DNA of 63,011 bases, from assembly GCA_964561845.1 (NCBI GenBank), contig CAZLRK010000002.1, forward strand, positions 1-63,011. The letters are read 5' to 3'. Source of the DNA: an uncultured Desulfobacterales bacterium. Lineage in GTDB: Bacteria > Desulfobacterota > Desulfobacteria > Desulfobacterales > JAUVVS01. Below the pieces are notes generated by a model. The model was not told the origin of the DNA. It saw nothing but the letters and a program-made list of their open reading frames with translations, and ran no database searches. The position numbers and the translations under genes were made by a program. Shown here piece by piece: positions 62,814-63,011 of this stretch. Each line of letters opens with the position of its first letter. The first letter of the stretch is position 1.

Positions 62814-63011
62814 TAATAGCACTGATAGCATAACCCTGGCATGAGGGGCTGGAAAAAGCTTAAGACAACCTTGGATACTATACAAAAATATCGTTTTTAG
62901 GTAGCCTACACAAAAGAGAAAAAATCGCTCGCTTTTACCAGTCCACCTCAATGCCCTTGATACTATTGAAGGCCTCCTCCTAAGATATGATATAGTATAG
63001 TTTGCCCTACA

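Overview
AT-rich 63-kb chromosomal window with nearly all genes on the minus strand. Gene content (two sigma-54 enhancer-binding proteins, BMC shell genes, CoA-disulfide reductase, archaemetzincin) suggests an anaerobic Desulfobacterota-like bacterium, which is inference only. There are three blocks. (1) 1-14.4 kb is one co-directional gene string: Liv-type ABC importer, PuuD-like gamma-glutamyl hydrolase, glutamine-synthetase-like ligase, a three-subunit glutamate-synthase-like set (GATase-II / GXGXG / FMN, the architecture of N-methylglutamate synthase MgsABC), a split 2Fe-2S / FAD / 4Fe-4S flavoprotein trio, then three bacterial microcompartment (BMC) shell genes that run off the left edge. 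This is my top candidate for a new system: a metabolosome coupled to gamma-glutamyl / N-alkylglutamate amine catabolism. (2) 14.4-41.9 kb holds ordinary metabolic and transport operons (PanE-like, OYE, TPP enzyme, SDRs, BASS, penicillin-acylase-like, DMT, CoADR-rhodanese, Dpp/Opp ABC, M20 deacylase, sigma-54 EBP). (3) 41.9-63 kb is a mosaic accessory region. Heterogeneous minus-strand gene cassettes are each delimited by a co-oriented 100-460 bp modular repeat, here called the R family, with 10 copies in the window. The cassettes carry two toxin-antitoxin types, methyltransferases, nucleases, an ATPase, an orphan hisD-family gene and a GC-rich foreign gene. The region also contains a 1,308-bp direct duplication, a decayed IS and three genes truncated exactly at repeat borders. 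The array looks integron-like, but the repeats do not fit attC. A second unexplained layer is a family of intergenic hairpin elements whose arms are inverted arrays of 7-8 nt tandem repeats. No rRNA, tRNA or CRISPR array was seen. All protein calls come from reading the translated ORFs by eye. No database search was run.
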